Source: Flavobacteriales bacterium
GTDB taxonomy: Bacteria; Bacteroidota; Bacteroidia; Palsa-965
DNA length: 64,000 nt
Assembly: GCA_040377305.1 (NCBI GenBank)
Contig: JBEIPA010000011.1
Span: 117,495-181,494, forward strand
Reading direction: 5' to 3'
Part shown: positions 9,633-19,958 of the stretch, in pieces
Position numbering within the stretch: position 1 is the stretch's first letter
How the letters are laid out: every line of letters starts with the position of its first letter
Position numbers and translations under genes: made by a program
Notes under the pieces: generated by a model
Seen by the model: the letters and a program-made list of their open reading frames with translations, nothing else
Databases searched by the model: none
What the model was told of the DNA's origin: nothing

Positions 9633-10010
9633 CTGATCATTCCACTGTTCTTTCACCCGAATCTTATATCCACCCGCATCTTCACACTTTTGTCTCGCTG
9701 CTTCATCCGCTTCATCTTGTGTGGCGTAACCGAATGCAACGCCTATGACTTTCGAATCAACGTAGTCTGTTCCGATACAGATGGCCCCGTACCCCTTTTT
9801 CGCTGAGAAGTCCTGCACAACAGGTTGGGTGCCTCCGCTCTTGATGCAATTGGAGTATGCGCATTCACGCGCCGCCATTTCCGAAGAAGCTCCATAACAA
9901 AAGCCATAATTGCCGGTTTCAGCGCAGAAATACACAGCACTTTGCGCTTTAGAAATCACCGGGAAAAACACGAGTGACAATACGCAGACAATTAACAAGC
10001 GATTCAGCAT
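9630..10010 (-). CDS. Exported DUF4189-like cysteine-containing protein
   Basis: Signal peptide; G..YG...A...A...C..SGG and GYGAI...A...A...C...GG patterns. Confidence 0.7.
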   Translation of the reverse strand: MLNRLLIVCVLSLVFFPVISKAQSAVYFCAETGNYGFCYGASSEMAARECAYSNCIKSGGTQPVVQDFSAKKGYGAICIGTDYVDSKVIGVAFGYATQDEADEAARQKCEDAGGYKIRVKEQWNDQ

Positions 10011-10108
10011 GGGGTGGATGATTTTATAAGTTAAAAATAGGAAAATCCCCCATTGCGGAATGTGGAAAAAGAGGTTTGTTTTACCCTATAATGCAAACAA
10101 AACTGCAC

Positions 10109-10855
10109 GTGAATTACTATTTCATCACTGGAACATCGAAAGGAATCGGCAAAGCTATTGTTGATGAAATTTTGCTGCGTGAGCACGTGAAAGTCACTGG
10201 CATTGGCAGAAAGAATTCGCATTCATCGCCCAGGTTTGTGTTTGTTCCACTTGATTTATCCAATACAAAATCTGCTGGCGAATTTGAATTTCCTTCCTGT
10301 AGTGATGCGAAGAACATTTATCTCATCAACAACGCAGGAGCATTGGGAGAAGTGAAGCATGTTGGCGATTTCTCCAATCAAAACTTCGAAGAAATCATCA
10401 ACCTGAATTTAACCGCGGTTATGATTATCACGAATAAGTTTCTGGCTGCGTTTTCGAAGAAAAATGTTCCTCTTGTGATACTGAATATCAGTTCAGGTGC
10501 TGGGAAAAATGCGATTGATGGATGGAGTGCATACTGTGCATCGAAAGCGGGCCTGGATATGTTTTCTAAGGTTCTCGCTGAGGAACTTGCGATTTCAGGC
10601 AAAAAACACATTCGCGTTTTCGCTGTTGCACCAGGAGTTGTAGATACTGCAATGCAAGATCAAATCCGGACAAATTCTGTTGAGGATTTTAGTCGCATTC
10701 AACAGTTCAAAGACTACAAATCCACTGGGCAGTTGGCTGATCCCCGCTTGACCGCGCAGAAATTAATAAGTATCTTAGACCTCCCTGAAAAATTCGCTGA
10801 TACCATATTCTCGGTGAAGGATTTTAGCATGGAAAACGAGCACACCAATCAATAA
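10109..10855 (+). CDS. SDR family oxidoreductase (benzil/sepiapterin reductase-like)
   Basis: ITGTSKGIG, LINNAG, NISSGA, YCASK and PGVVDT.MQ motifs; probable GTG start at 10109. Confidence 0.9.
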   Translation: MNYYFITGTSKGIGKAIVDEILLREHVKVTGIGRKNSHSSPRFVFVPLDLSNTKSAGEFEFPSCSDAKNIYLINNAGALGEVKHVGDFSNQNFEEIINLNLTAVMIITNKFLAAFSKKNVPLVILNISSGAGKNAIDGWSAYCASKAGLDMFSKVLAEELAISGKKHIRVFAVAPGVVDTAMQDQIRTNSVEDFSRIQQFKDYKSTGQLADPRLTAQKLISILDLPEKFADTIFSVKDFSMENEHTNQ

Positions 10856-10869
10856 CAACATCCGCAAAA

Positions 10870-12999
10870 ATGAAACGGACATTCACAATTCTTGCCAGCG
10901 TAGCATTCCTTTTAGGAACTGCGCAAATGACCATGGCACAATCAACAGCACCTGCAGGATATCTTCCTTGCGGCACCGATCAGGCAATGGAAGCAGCTTA
11001 CAATCGCTATCCTGGCATGCGCGAAGAAATGGAAGAGAATCGCCGCAGAGCTGAAGAACAAGATCGCGCTGCATACCTTATGGGTTACCCGCACACAAAC
11101 AGCACGGAGCGTAGCGGAAATCAAAGCACGCAGTCGCCTCCAACGTACACACTCGCGGTGGTATTCCACATTGTACATGATTACGGCTCAGAAAATATTT
11201 CTGATGCACAGATTTATGACGCAATGCGCATTCTCAACGAGGATTACCGCAAGCTCAACGCGGATACAAGCATCATCGTTTCTCCGTTTCAGACCATAGC
11301 TGATGATACAGAAATCGAATTCCGTCTTGCACAAAAAGATCCGCAAGGAAATTGCACGAATGGAATTGATCGTGTATCGTCAACTGAAACTTACATCGGC
11401 GACGACGGATCGAAACTGAATCCCTGGGATCGTTCCAAATACGTGAACATTTGGGTTGTGAAACAAATTTCAAGCGGCGCTGCGGGTTATTCACTCGGCG
11501 TTAGCAATTTCAATCCTGCTGCAATTGATGGTGTCATTATCCTTTCTCAGTACGTTGGAAGTATTGGAACTGGAAGTCCACAATTGTCGCGTGCTTTGAC
11601 TCACGAAATTGGTCACCACCTGAACCTTGATCACACTTGGGGAAACACCAATAACCCTGGTGTTGCTTGCGGTAATGACGGTGTAACTGACACTCCTGTT
11701 ACAAAAGGATGGACGACTTGTAACCTCACAACCAATGATGTTTGCACAGCTGGTATCGATGAGAACGTTCAGAACTTCATGGACTATTCGTACTGCTCAC
11801 GTATGTACACATCAGGACAAGGCTCGCGTATGCGTACTTGTCTTACAAGCAGCACTGCGGCTCGAAGCACACTTGTGACTGCTGCAACAGCAATAGCAAC
11901 TGGTATTAATGCTCCACAGACTTGCGCACCAATTGCTGACTTCGGTCCTCCTGATGTGCAATATGTCTGTCAGGGTAGTTCTATCACATTCACAGATAAC
12001 TCATTCAATGCACAACCAACTGGTTACAACTGGACTTTCCAGGGAGGAACCCCAAGCACTGCAACGAACGATACAACTCCTACAGTTCAATACAACACGC
12101 CGGGAACATACAGCGTGAGTCTTACCGCTTCCAACACGCAGGGTAGCGATGCGTTCTCACGTACGAACTATGTTGTGGTTGTTCCGACAACAGCTGCATA
12201 CCAATCAAGTTGGTTTGAAGGTGTTGAGAACACGGCTACTTTCAATGCCGATTGGGATATTATTAATCCGCAAGGAAATGGTTGGGTAAGCTCAACTACT
12301 GCTGCTGCAACAGGATCACGTAGCGTACGCTATGACAACACAGGTGCTGCTGCTGGCACAACAGATGAACTGATCGGGCCGACTGTAAATCTTTCTGCGA
12401 TGACGGTACCAGGAATCACGTTCAAGGTTGCATTCGCGCAGCGTCAAACTTCGGATGTTGACCGCCTTCGCGTTTATGTTTCTACTGATTGCGGAAGAAC
12501 ATGGGTTCAGCGTTATTCCAAAGCAGGCACTCTTCTTTCGACTCATGCACCAGTAGGTTCAGGAAATTATGTTCCAGCTGCGGGTGACTGGAGAACAGAA
12601 ACAGTAACGTTCACAGCTGCACAAATGTCTTCAACCAACGCACGCCTGAAATTTGTATTTGAAAGCGATGGCGGTAACGACATTTTCCTTGACGACATCA
12701 ACATTCTTGGTGGAGTAGGAGTGAATGAATTCAACACTACGGTGAATACATTCGATGTGTATCCGAATCCGGCACAAGACAACACCATGATTGAATTCAA
12801 TCTCGAAGACAATTCAAACGTGAACATCGAGATGATGGACATGAGCGGAAAAGTGGTGCAGAATATCTATACGGGTTCACTTGCAACAGGTAACCACCGC
12901 ATTCCGGTTAGCACAGGAGAACTCAGCGCAGGAATTTACCTCGTGCGCCTGATGACTGGAGAAGGAAACTATCTGACTCGCAAGCTGATTGTGGAGTAG
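10870..12999 (+). CDS. M43 (pappalysin/ulilysin-like) zinc metalloprotease with PKD domain and T9SS sorting domain
   Basis: HEIGHHLNLDH zinc motif, NFMDYS Met-turn, PKD-like W.F.GG.P and VYPNP...KLIVE. Confidence 0.92.
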   Translation: MKRTFTILASVAFLLGTAQMTMAQSTAPAGYLPCGTDQAMEAAYNRYPGMREEMEENRRRAEEQDRAAYLMGYPHTNSTERSGNQSTQSPPTYTLAVVFHIVHDYGSENISDAQIYDAMRILNEDYRKLNADTSIIVSPFQTIADDTEIEFRLAQKDPQGNCTNGIDRVSSTETYIGDDGSKLNPWDRSKYVNIWVVKQISSGAAGYSLGVSNFNPAAIDGVIILSQYVGSIGTGSPQLSRALTHEIGHHLNLDHTWGNTNNPGVACGNDGVTDTPVTKGWTTCNLTTNDVCTAGIDENVQNFMDYSYCSRMYTSGQGSRMRTCLTSSTAARSTLVTAATAIATGINAPQTCAPIADFGPPDVQYVCQGSSITFTDNSFNAQPTGYNWTFQGGTPSTATNDTTPTVQYNTPGTYSVSLTASNTQGSDAFSRTNYVVVVPTTAAYQSSWFEGVENTATFNADWDIINPQGNGWVSSTTAAATGSRSVRYDNTGAAAGTTDELIGPTVNLSAMTVPGITFKVAFAQRQTSDVDRLRVYVSTDCGRTWVQRYSKAGTLLSTHAPVGSGNYVPAAGDWRTETVTFTAAQMSSTNARLKFVFESDGGNDIFLDDINILGGVGVNEFNTTVNTFDVYPNPAQDNTMIEFNLEDNSNVNIEMMDMSGKVVQNIYTGSLATGNHRIPVSTGELSAGIYLVRLMTGEGNYLTRKLIVE

Positions 13000-13053
13000 A
13001 TTGGATTAGGAGATTGGAGACGGGTATATAAAGTCGTCTCGAAAAGCAAATAG

Positions 13054-13085
13054 AAAAAGGCGATTCAGTTTTGAATCGCCTTTTT
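13054..13085. terminator. Bidirectional intrinsic terminator
   Basis: AAAAAGGCGATTCA-loop-TGAATCGCCTTTTT between convergent genes. Confidence 0.85.
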
Positions 13086-13153
13086 CGTTGAGTTATTTTT
13101 CGTCAGATGAATTGCTGGATACTGTTCAACAACTCCCGTCTGCGATCTCCGAT

Positions 13154-13597
13154 CTATTTGCTCTTAAAGCCAACAAGCACAGAAACACAACCACTCATCT
13201 CACCATCATCACTGTCATTCGTTCCTGCGAAAACTTCAACACGCATTTCAGTAGTTGTCTTCACTTTGAAATCCCAGAAGTCAGTGTTGTCGTTGTTCTT
13301 GCTGTCGAAGAGAACTTTGCCGGTCATGTCGCTTACAACAAACGTAACGTTCTCTAATGTTTCTTCCGAACAAATTAGAATGCGATAATCTTGTCCGGAA
13401 TAGAACGTCATTACCGATTCAGTTTTCTGTCCTTCTTTCAGCAACGACATATTGGTTTGACCGTTGTGAATGAATGGACTTACTTTCGGCACACACTTTT
13501 TGCGCACCCAGGTTTTGCTGCATTGCGATACTACATCTGTAGAGACAGCGATGCAGAAAATAGCTGATAGGATTACAGCCTTAGTAGAAAGTTTCAT
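13154..13597 (-). CDS. Conserved hypothetical exported protein
   Basis: Signal peptide; FYSGQDYR and terminal GCV..LVGFK motifs. Confidence 0.8.
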   Translation of the reverse strand: MKLSTKAVILSAIFCIAVSTDVVSQCSKTWVRKKCVPKVSPFIHNGQTNMSLLKEGQKTESVMTFYSGQDYRILICSEETLENVTFVVSDMTGKVLFDSKNNDNTDFWDFKVKTTTEMRVEVFAGTNDSDDGEMSGCVSVLVGFKSK

Positions 13598-13687
13598 AAG
13601 AGTTAGGTTCCGTGAGCCAGTAGTTTCCTTAGGGGGATAAAGACGAATACTGTGCCAGATTTTGTACGAAAACAGTTAGGAATTGTT

Positions 13688-14581
13688 TCAGCTACCTGAC
13701 GTGATGCTGTTGCGGATTTCCGTAATTTTATCGAGTATCTGCTTGAATTCCAAAGAGTTGAGGCTACGCGGCTCTACTGGATTTTCTGCTTCAATAACAC
13801 TTATGCCCGAATTTGGATCTTTCGTCTCCTTCAGCGCTCCGTCTTGTGATTTCGGGAGTTTGTCGAAGATAACTTTGAGTTCCTTGAGTTGAATTGAAAC
13901 TGCTGTAACGTCATTATGTTCTTGTTTGTCGAGAAGAACAATAAGTTTGTCCAACGAAGGACGCTGTTCGACAATACGCACCCGGATTTCATTGCTGTTC
14001 GTGCTTTCCGCAACGCGACAGGCGAGGTATAAACCTTCAATCCAGCCACCCGCAATCATTAAAGCCGACGCGTGTGTCTGCTCATTATCCTGCAACATGG
14101 CATCGCAATCCCAATACGAATCGGTAATGATGCTCAAAACAGAATCGCGGTTGTTGATGTTGTTTTCCAAACGTGTTTTGCGTTCGTCGCTGAATGAAGC
14201 AGACACGTGTAATCCGTCTGCAAGCTTGCGCGTGCAATCCATGTACGTAACCGTCTCTGCGTGCTGATTGAAAATTCCAGCGAATGCAAGATCACTTCCA
14301 TAAACACCCATGTTCAATGCCATGGCTGCAGTAGTTGTGTATAGCGATGTGTTTTTCGGATCGTTTAGCAATCCCGCATCGTATTGTGCCCCGGCTTGTT
14401 TCAGCAATTCCGCAGTTTGAATAGGCGAAGGAATGTAGATGAAAACGTTCTCAGCAGAAACGACTTCGTTATTGATATCAATTACCGCAGAGTCATCACC
14501 AGTTGTTTCAGCGTTGTTCTGTCCGCAGGAAGCTGCAAAACAAATAACACCGGAGATCAAAACGAAATGCTGAATTTTCAT
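13688..14581 (-). CDS. Conserved hypothetical lipoprotein
   Basis: Lipobox (AASC); PSPI.., LNMGVYGSDL and GGWIEGLY motifs. Confidence 0.82.
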   Translation of the reverse strand: MKIQHFVLISGVICFAASCGQNNAETTGDDSAVIDINNEVVSAENVFIYIPSPIQTAELLKQAGAQYDAGLLNDPKNTSLYTTTAAMALNMGVYGSDLAFAGIFNQHAETVTYMDCTRKLADGLHVSASFSDERKTRLENNINNRDSVLSIITDSYWDCDAMLQDNEQTHASALMIAGGWIEGLYLACRVAESTNSNEIRVRIVEQRPSLDKLIVLLDKQEHNDVTAVSIQLKELKVIFDKLPKSQDGALKETKDPNSGISVIEAENPVEPRSLNSLEFKQILDKITEIRNSITSGS

Positions 14582-14670
14582 ATGAGCAAAGATATTAATT
14601 CAACGAAGCGTTCACCTACAGAGTTTCGTTGTGTAAATGGAAATTGCGAACAATATGAGCAATATAAGCT

Positions 14671-16374
14671 CTATTCCACAATTAGCTTTCCTGTTTGCGT
14701 TATTTCATTGGAAGTGGAAATCTTATAGAAATAAATGCCGGACGAAGTTCCGGGCAAATCGATTCTGAAAGACGAACTTGTTATACCTGATCTAAAAATC
14801 ACATGACCTAACATGTCATTGATTTCGATCGTTAGTCCTGTAGGATCAATATTATTTAACTCCACATAAAACATTCCCGATGAAGGATTTGGAAATAGTG
14901 TAATTAGGTTTACATTTTGTTCATGCGGATTTATTCCAGCCACAATTGTACCTGTATTATCCAGTTTGAGAATAAACATATCGTAAGTTGCAGTACTCGC
15001 ATCTGCATTGGTCAATGTATTCGAACAAAATGTGACTGTCGTGCTATTAAAAAGTCCAACCCAGTAGCTGTTTCCGAATGAATCTATCGCGACGCCGTCA
15101 ACAACGTCTCCACTGGATGAACCACCTGATTTGGCCCACAATACATTTCCAGAGCTGTTGTATTTGGTGAAAAACATCTCTAACTGCGAGGTAGTATTCG
15201 TCAGCGTCACAAAACCAAAAGTGATGCTCGTGCCGGTGAAAGTTCCTGCCAGATAAATATTGCCCGATATATCTACAGCCAATGAATTTCCCTGTTGAGT
15301 TGACCATCCACCTGCTCGCTGAGCCCAACTGACATTTCCGCCAGAATCAAATTTGGCTAGGAACAGATTGGTGCCGCCGCTATTGTTGAGCGTGTAACTA
15401 TCAAATGTTATAGTCAGTCCGGAAAAATATCCGGTGATATAACTGTTCCCAGAAATATCTACAGCGACAGAATATGATATAGCGGTGTTTGTTCCAATAG
15501 CGCTCTTTGCCCAAACAGGGTTTCCGTAATCATCAAACTTCATAAGGAAAATGGCCCACAACATTCCAGTCGTGTCAAAACTAGCCAGGAAGTTACCGCC
15601 GAAATTTATGGTGTCCTGAAAAGAGCCGGTTACGCAAACACCACCCGTGGGATCTGCAGCAACATCGTAGGATTCATCATTGCCTGGACCGTTTCCAATC
15701 TTTGCCCAAAGTGCAGTACCGGCGGAATTATACTTGACGAGGAACGGATCAAACGAAGTACCCGAACTATTAACTGTCACAGATCCAAACGTGCAGGTAA
15801 GGCTGCCTGTTTTTCCTGTAACGTAACAACTGCCCGAACTATCGACTGCGAGCGACATGCACTGGTCACTGTAGTTTCCGCCAGCACTTTGTGCCCAGAT
15901 TACAGAGCCTCCTGAATTGAATTTAACAACAAACATATCAGTTCCACCGCTGTTCGTTAAGAGCGTTGCTCCAATCAGAAGATTGTTCGTGAAATAATTT
16001 CCCGTTACATAACAATTACCGGATGCATCTGTGGCAACAGCTACACCATCTTCTGAAGATATCCCTCCAATGCGGGTCGCCCAGAGTACAGTTCCCGCAG
16101 AGTTATATTTTACCAGGTACATGTCTCCGCTTAATCCGGAATTATCGGCATTAGTTAAGGTGACTGCGCCGAAGGTAATGGTTGGACTAAAAAATGTGCC
16201 CGTCACAAATACATTTCCGGAAGCGTCTGTGGTGACACAGTCTCCGCGGTCGTATTCAACACCCCCTGCGCGATGTGACCAGGAGCAGTTAGGCGTTTGT
16301 GCATGCAGATGCGCCACCACCAGCAAAAGAAATGCAAACATGAATCTATGGAATGGAAACGTCATTGGTTTCAT
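14671..16374 (-). CDS. SBBP beta-propeller repeat protein with T9SS type A sorting domain
   Basis: Repeated D.SGN.YVTG.F ... KYNS.G...WA units and LFPNP...KLIVE. Confidence 0.9.
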   Translation of the reverse strand: MKPMTFPFHRFMFAFLLLVVAHLHAQTPNCSWSHRAGGVEYDRGDCVTTDASGNVFVTGTFFSPTITFGAVTLTNADNSGLSGDMYLVKYNSAGTVLWATRIGGISSEDGVAVATDASGNCYVTGNYFTNNLLIGATLLTNSGGTDMFVVKFNSGGSVIWAQSAGGNYSDQCMSLAVDSSGSCYVTGKTGSLTCTFGSVTVNSSGTSFDPFLVKYNSAGTALWAKIGNGPGNDESYDVAADPTGGVCVTGSFQDTINFGGNFLASFDTTGMLWAIFLMKFDDYGNPVWAKSAIGTNTAISYSVAVDISGNSYITGYFSGLTITFDSYTLNNSGGTNLFLAKFDSGGNVSWAQRAGGWSTQQGNSLAVDISGNIYLAGTFTGTSITFGFVTLTNTTSQLEMFFTKYNSSGNVLWAKSGGSSSGDVVDGVAIDSFGNSYWVGLFNSTTVTFCSNTLTNADASTATYDMFILKLDNTGTIVAGINPHEQNVNLITLFPNPSSGMFYVELNNIDPTGLTIEINDMLGHVIFRSGITSSSFRIDLPGTSSGIYFYKISTSNEITQTGKLIVE

Positions 16375-16402
16375 TTTTAAAGCTTTGTTATATGCATTTA
16401 AG

Positions 16403-19240
16403 TTAATGCGCTTCCAGCCAACTCTTACCCGTTCCCATTCCCACTTCCACCGGAACTTTCAGTGGTAAAGCTTCACGCATGCATTTTTCAATTACAGGCT
16501 TAATGATTTCGATTTCATCTTTCGGAACATCGAAAATCAATTCGTCATGCACCTGAAGCAACATACGCGTTTTGTATTTGCCTGTTGAAAGTTCTTTGTG
16601 AATGTTGATCATCGCGAGCTTGATCATATCTGCTGCTGAACCTTGAATCGGAGCGTTGATGGCATTTCGTTCTGCGAATCCACGTACGACTGCATTCGCT
16701 GAATTGATATCGCGCAAATAACGACGACGACCGCATAACGTTTCAACGTAACCTTTGTCGCGCGCCGATTGCTGCATTGAATCCATGTAATCGCGTATGC
16801 TGCTGTATTCACGGAAGTAATTATCGATAAGTGTTTTCGCTTCGCCACGTGAAATCTGCAAATTCTCTGCAAGTCCGAATGCGCCCTGACCGTAAATGAT
16901 TCCGAAGTTTACGCTCTTCGCTTTGTAACGCATCTCTTTCGTTACTTCTGATTCAGCGATTCCGTAAACTTTCGCAGCAGTGGCGGTGTGAATGTCGATT
17001 CCTTTGTTGAACGCATCACACATTCCAGGATCACCGCTCATGCTTGCAACAATGCGCAATTCAATCTGCGAATAATCGGCGCTGAGCAAAACGTGATTTT
17101 CGTCTTTCGCAACAAACGCCGCACGGATTTTTCTTCCACGCTCGGTTCGCACAGGAATGTTTTGAAGATTCGGATTATCAGAACTCAAACGTCCGGTAGC
17201 AGCCACAACCTGATTGAAGGAAGTATGAATGCGTCCCGTGTTCGGATGAACCATTTCAGGAAGTGTATCGACATACGTATTCTTGAGTTTTACCAATTCA
17301 CGATAATCAAGAATCTTATCTACGATCGGATGCTTTCCTGCGAGTTTCTGCAGAACATCTTCACCGGTTGCATACTGACCGGTTTTGGTTTTCTTCGGTT
17401 TGTCGCCGCCTACTTTCAAGACTTCGAAAAGAATATCACCAACCTGCTTTGGTGAAGAAATGTTGAATGGCGTTCCTGCAAGTTTCTGAATTTCTTCGTC
17501 AATGATTGCAATTTCTTTTTCGAGCTCGGCCGAGTAGGTGTGCAATACTTCTTTATCGAGCGAAATTCCTTCACGCTCCATTGCTGCAAGCACTGGCATC
17601 AAAGGCATTTCAATCGTATCGAAAACACCTTGAGCATTGTGTTCACTCAATCCCGGCGCAAATAGTCCTTTCAGTTGAAATGTGATGTCTGCATCTTCGC
17701 CGGCGTACTCTGCAATTTTGTCGAGAGGAGCGTCGCGCATGGTGAGTTGCGCTTTTCCTTTTTTACCAATGAGCGTTTCAATACTCACCGGAGAATAGCT
17801 GAGATAAGTTTCAGCCAATAAATCCATTCCGTGACGCATATCGGGATTCAAAAGATAATGCGCGATCATCGTATCGAACATCGGTTCAGAAACGAGTATG
17901 TTGTAATTCTTCAGCACACTCAGATCGTACTTGATGTTCTGTCCGATCTTCACAATGGATTTACTCTCGAGAACGGGCTTGAATTTATCAGCAATCTTTT
18001 GCGCTGCTTCTTTCTCCGCAGGCACAGGAACATACCACGCTTCCGCAGCTTTCCACGCGAATGAAAATCCGACAAGCTCTGCAGTGAGTGTATCCAGACC
18101 AGTTGTTTCTGTATCGAAGCAAACTTCCTGCAACGTCAGCATTTCTTTGACCAGGGAATCAATCTTCTCCTCTGTATCCGCGATGTGATAGGTGTGCGGA
18201 ACAGTCTCAATCGTTTTTAGTGTAGTCGTTTCCGGCTCTGCTTCAGCAATACTCGCTCCGGTGTTTCCGAAAATATCAATTTGTCCCGGCTTGGTTTTGC
18301 GTCCTGCTGTTGACTCATCGTTTGTAACCGGTCCCTTGTCAGACTGCTCGTTTGTTGGTGCAGGAAGTTCTTCTCCCAACACTGTTTGTGCCAGACGACG
18401 GAATTCCAACTCGCCAAATACAGCTTTCGTTTTTTCTTTGTCTACTTCACGATAAAGCAACTCATCTGCATTGAATTCCATACCGGGAATATCAGTGATG
18501 ATTGTTGCCAGCTTTTTGGAGAACACCGCCTGCTCTTTGTGATTCTCTACTTTCTCTTTCAGTTTGCCCTTCAGCTGATCTGTATTCACAATCAGATTTT
18601 CCACTGAACCGAATTGCTGAATCAAACTCATTGCGGTCTTTTCACCAACACCTGGAATTCCGGGAATGTTGTCGACAGAATCTCCCATGAGTCCGAGAAT
18701 GTCAATCACTTGTTCCGGACGTTGGATGCCATACTTCGCACAAATTTCTGCTACACCAATTTTTTCAGGAGGTCCGCCTTTGTAGCCCGGCTTGTAAATG
18801 AAAATATTTTCCGACACGAGTTGACCGTAGTCTTTGTCGGGCGTCATCATAAATGTGGTGAATCCTTCTTTCTCTGCTTTCTTGGCGAGTGCACCAATAA
18901 TGTCATCCGCTTCCCAGCCGTCGCTCTTAATGACAGTGATGTTGAATGCTTCCAGCAAAGTAAAAATATACGGAAGTGCTTTCTGCAGATCTTCCGGCAT
19001 CTCATCGCGGTTCGCTTTGTACTCGGTGTACTCAATGTGCCGATGCGTTGGCTCAGCAGTATCAAACACTACAGCAATGTGCGTTGGCTTCTCTTTCTTG
19101 AGGAGTTCAAGAAGTGTATTTGTAAATCCAAAAACAGCGGAAGTATTGAGTCCGGCAGAGTTAATGCGCGGTGCGTTAGCGAAGGCAAAATAGGCACGGT
19201 AGATCAGTGCGAATGCATCGAGGAGAAACAGCTTTTTCAT
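16403..19240 (-). CDS. polA: DNA polymerase I
   Basis: 5'-3' exonuclease (LLDA..LIYRAY), 3'-5' exonuclease (FDTETT), ADYSQIELR and LQVHDEL motifs; start moved to ATG 19240. Confidence 0.98.
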   Translation of the reverse strand: MKKLFLLDAFALIYRAYFAFANAPRINSAGLNTSAVFGFTNTLLELLKKEKPTHIAVVFDTAEPTHRHIEYTEYKANRDEMPEDLQKALPYIFTLLEAFNITVIKSDGWEADDIIGALAKKAEKEGFTTFMMTPDKDYGQLVSENIFIYKPGYKGGPPEKIGVAEICAKYGIQRPEQVIDILGLMGDSVDNIPGIPGVGEKTAMSLIQQFGSVENLIVNTDQLKGKLKEKVENHKEQAVFSKKLATIITDIPGMEFNADELLYREVDKEKTKAVFGELEFRRLAQTVLGEELPAPTNEQSDKGPVTNDESTAGRKTKPGQIDIFGNTGASIAEAEPETTTLKTIETVPHTYHIADTEEKIDSLVKEMLTLQEVCFDTETTGLDTLTAELVGFSFAWKAAEAWYVPVPAEKEAAQKIADKFKPVLESKSIVKIGQNIKYDLSVLKNYNILVSEPMFDTMIAHYLLNPDMRHGMDLLAETYLSYSPVSIETLIGKKGKAQLTMRDAPLDKIAEYAGEDADITFQLKGLFAPGLSEHNAQGVFDTIEMPLMPVLAAMEREGISLDKEVLHTYSAELEKEIAIIDEEIQKLAGTPFNISSPKQVGDILFEVLKVGGDKPKKTKTGQYATGEDVLQKLAGKHPIVDKILDYRELVKLKNTYVDTLPEMVHPNTGRIHTSFNQVVAATGRLSSDNPNLQNIPVRTERGRKIRAAFVAKDENHVLLSADYSQIELRIVASMSGDPGMCDAFNKGIDIHTATAAKVYGIAESEVTKEMRYKAKSVNFGIIYGQGAFGLAENLQISRGEAKTLIDNYFREYSSIRDYMDSMQQSARDKGYVETLCGRRRYLRDINSANAVVRGFAERNAINAPIQGSAADMIKLAMINIHKELSTGKYKTRMLLQVHDELIFDVPKDEIEIIKPVIEKCMREALPLKVPVEVGMGTGKSWLEAH

Positions 19241-19263
19241 CACTACAAATGTAGCCACGATGT

Positions 19264-19876
19264 GGCTGCTTAACCACGGCGTCACAGCGAGCACGGCTAA
19301 AAAATTTAGTTTTATCCGTTTTCAAACGTTTGTTACCGACTAATGCGAAAAACACGATTTACGTTTGCAGAATAACCTTTAAACCTTAATAATATGAAAG
19401 TCCAGAAACCAGAATTTATGAGAGAGAATCACGAAATCGGAGCAAACTTTACTGTTGACGAAGATTGGGACCATTTAACTACAAAAATCATGGATGCATG
19501 TTTCGCTGTGCATCGTGAAATGGGACCAGGTTTAAAAGAGGAGATTTACCAAGCCTGCCTTTTGAAAGAGTTTGAGTTGAGAGAAATCAAGTTCGAGTGT
19601 CAGGTAAGAGTTCCAATGCTTTACAAAGGACACGATTTGAAGAAGCATTTGATTCTCGATTTGCTTGTTGAGGATAGGATTATTCTTGAGCTGAAAGCAA
19701 CGGAGGAAATCACAGGATTGTTTCAAGCGCAACTGTTGAGTTACCTGAAGCTCACCAATCGTAAAATTGGTTACATCGTCAACTTCAATGTTTCAATGCT
19801 CAAGACGGGCATCAAGCGAATGAAGAACGGATACTAACAAAAGCCGTGCTCGCCGTGCCGCCGTGGTAAAGCCGCC
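19264..19876. mobile_element. GxxExxY gene bracketed by 35-bp imperfect terminal inverted repeats
   Basis: GGCTGCTTAACCACGGCGTCACAGCGAGCACGGCT (19264-19298) matches the reverse complement of 19842-19876 at 31/35 positions. Mobility is inferred. Confidence 0.65.
19394..19837 (+). CDS. GxxExxY protein (PD-(D/E)XK nuclease superfamily)
   Basis: VHREMGPGLKEEIY, DLLVED.IILELKA, AQLLSYLK and G..VNFN motifs. Confidence 0.93.
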   Translation: MKVQKPEFMRENHEIGANFTVDEDWDHLTTKIMDACFAVHREMGPGLKEEIYQACLLKEFELREIKFECQVRVPMLYKGHDLKKHLILDLLVEDRIILELKATEEITGLFQAQLLSYLKLTNRKIGYIVNFNVSMLKTGIKRMKNGY

Positions 19877-19958
19877 GGCATGGCCGGCACAGGTAACCAG
19901 AAGCCCCTAAACATTGCTGTTTAAGGGCCTCGGCGGAAACTACTACTAAGGGAAACTC

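Noticed and set aside
14582-16402. SBBP gene behind polA as another 3'-end integration like the aspS islet
   Set aside because: No duplicated polA 3' end or direct repeat was found downstream of the gene.
19241-19294. N-terminal extensions in the ORF track for polA (also gmk, hmgA, and the 52497 and 57226 ORFs)
   Set aside because: They run through promoter boxes or repeat arms; downstream ATGs match the family N-termini or signal peptides.
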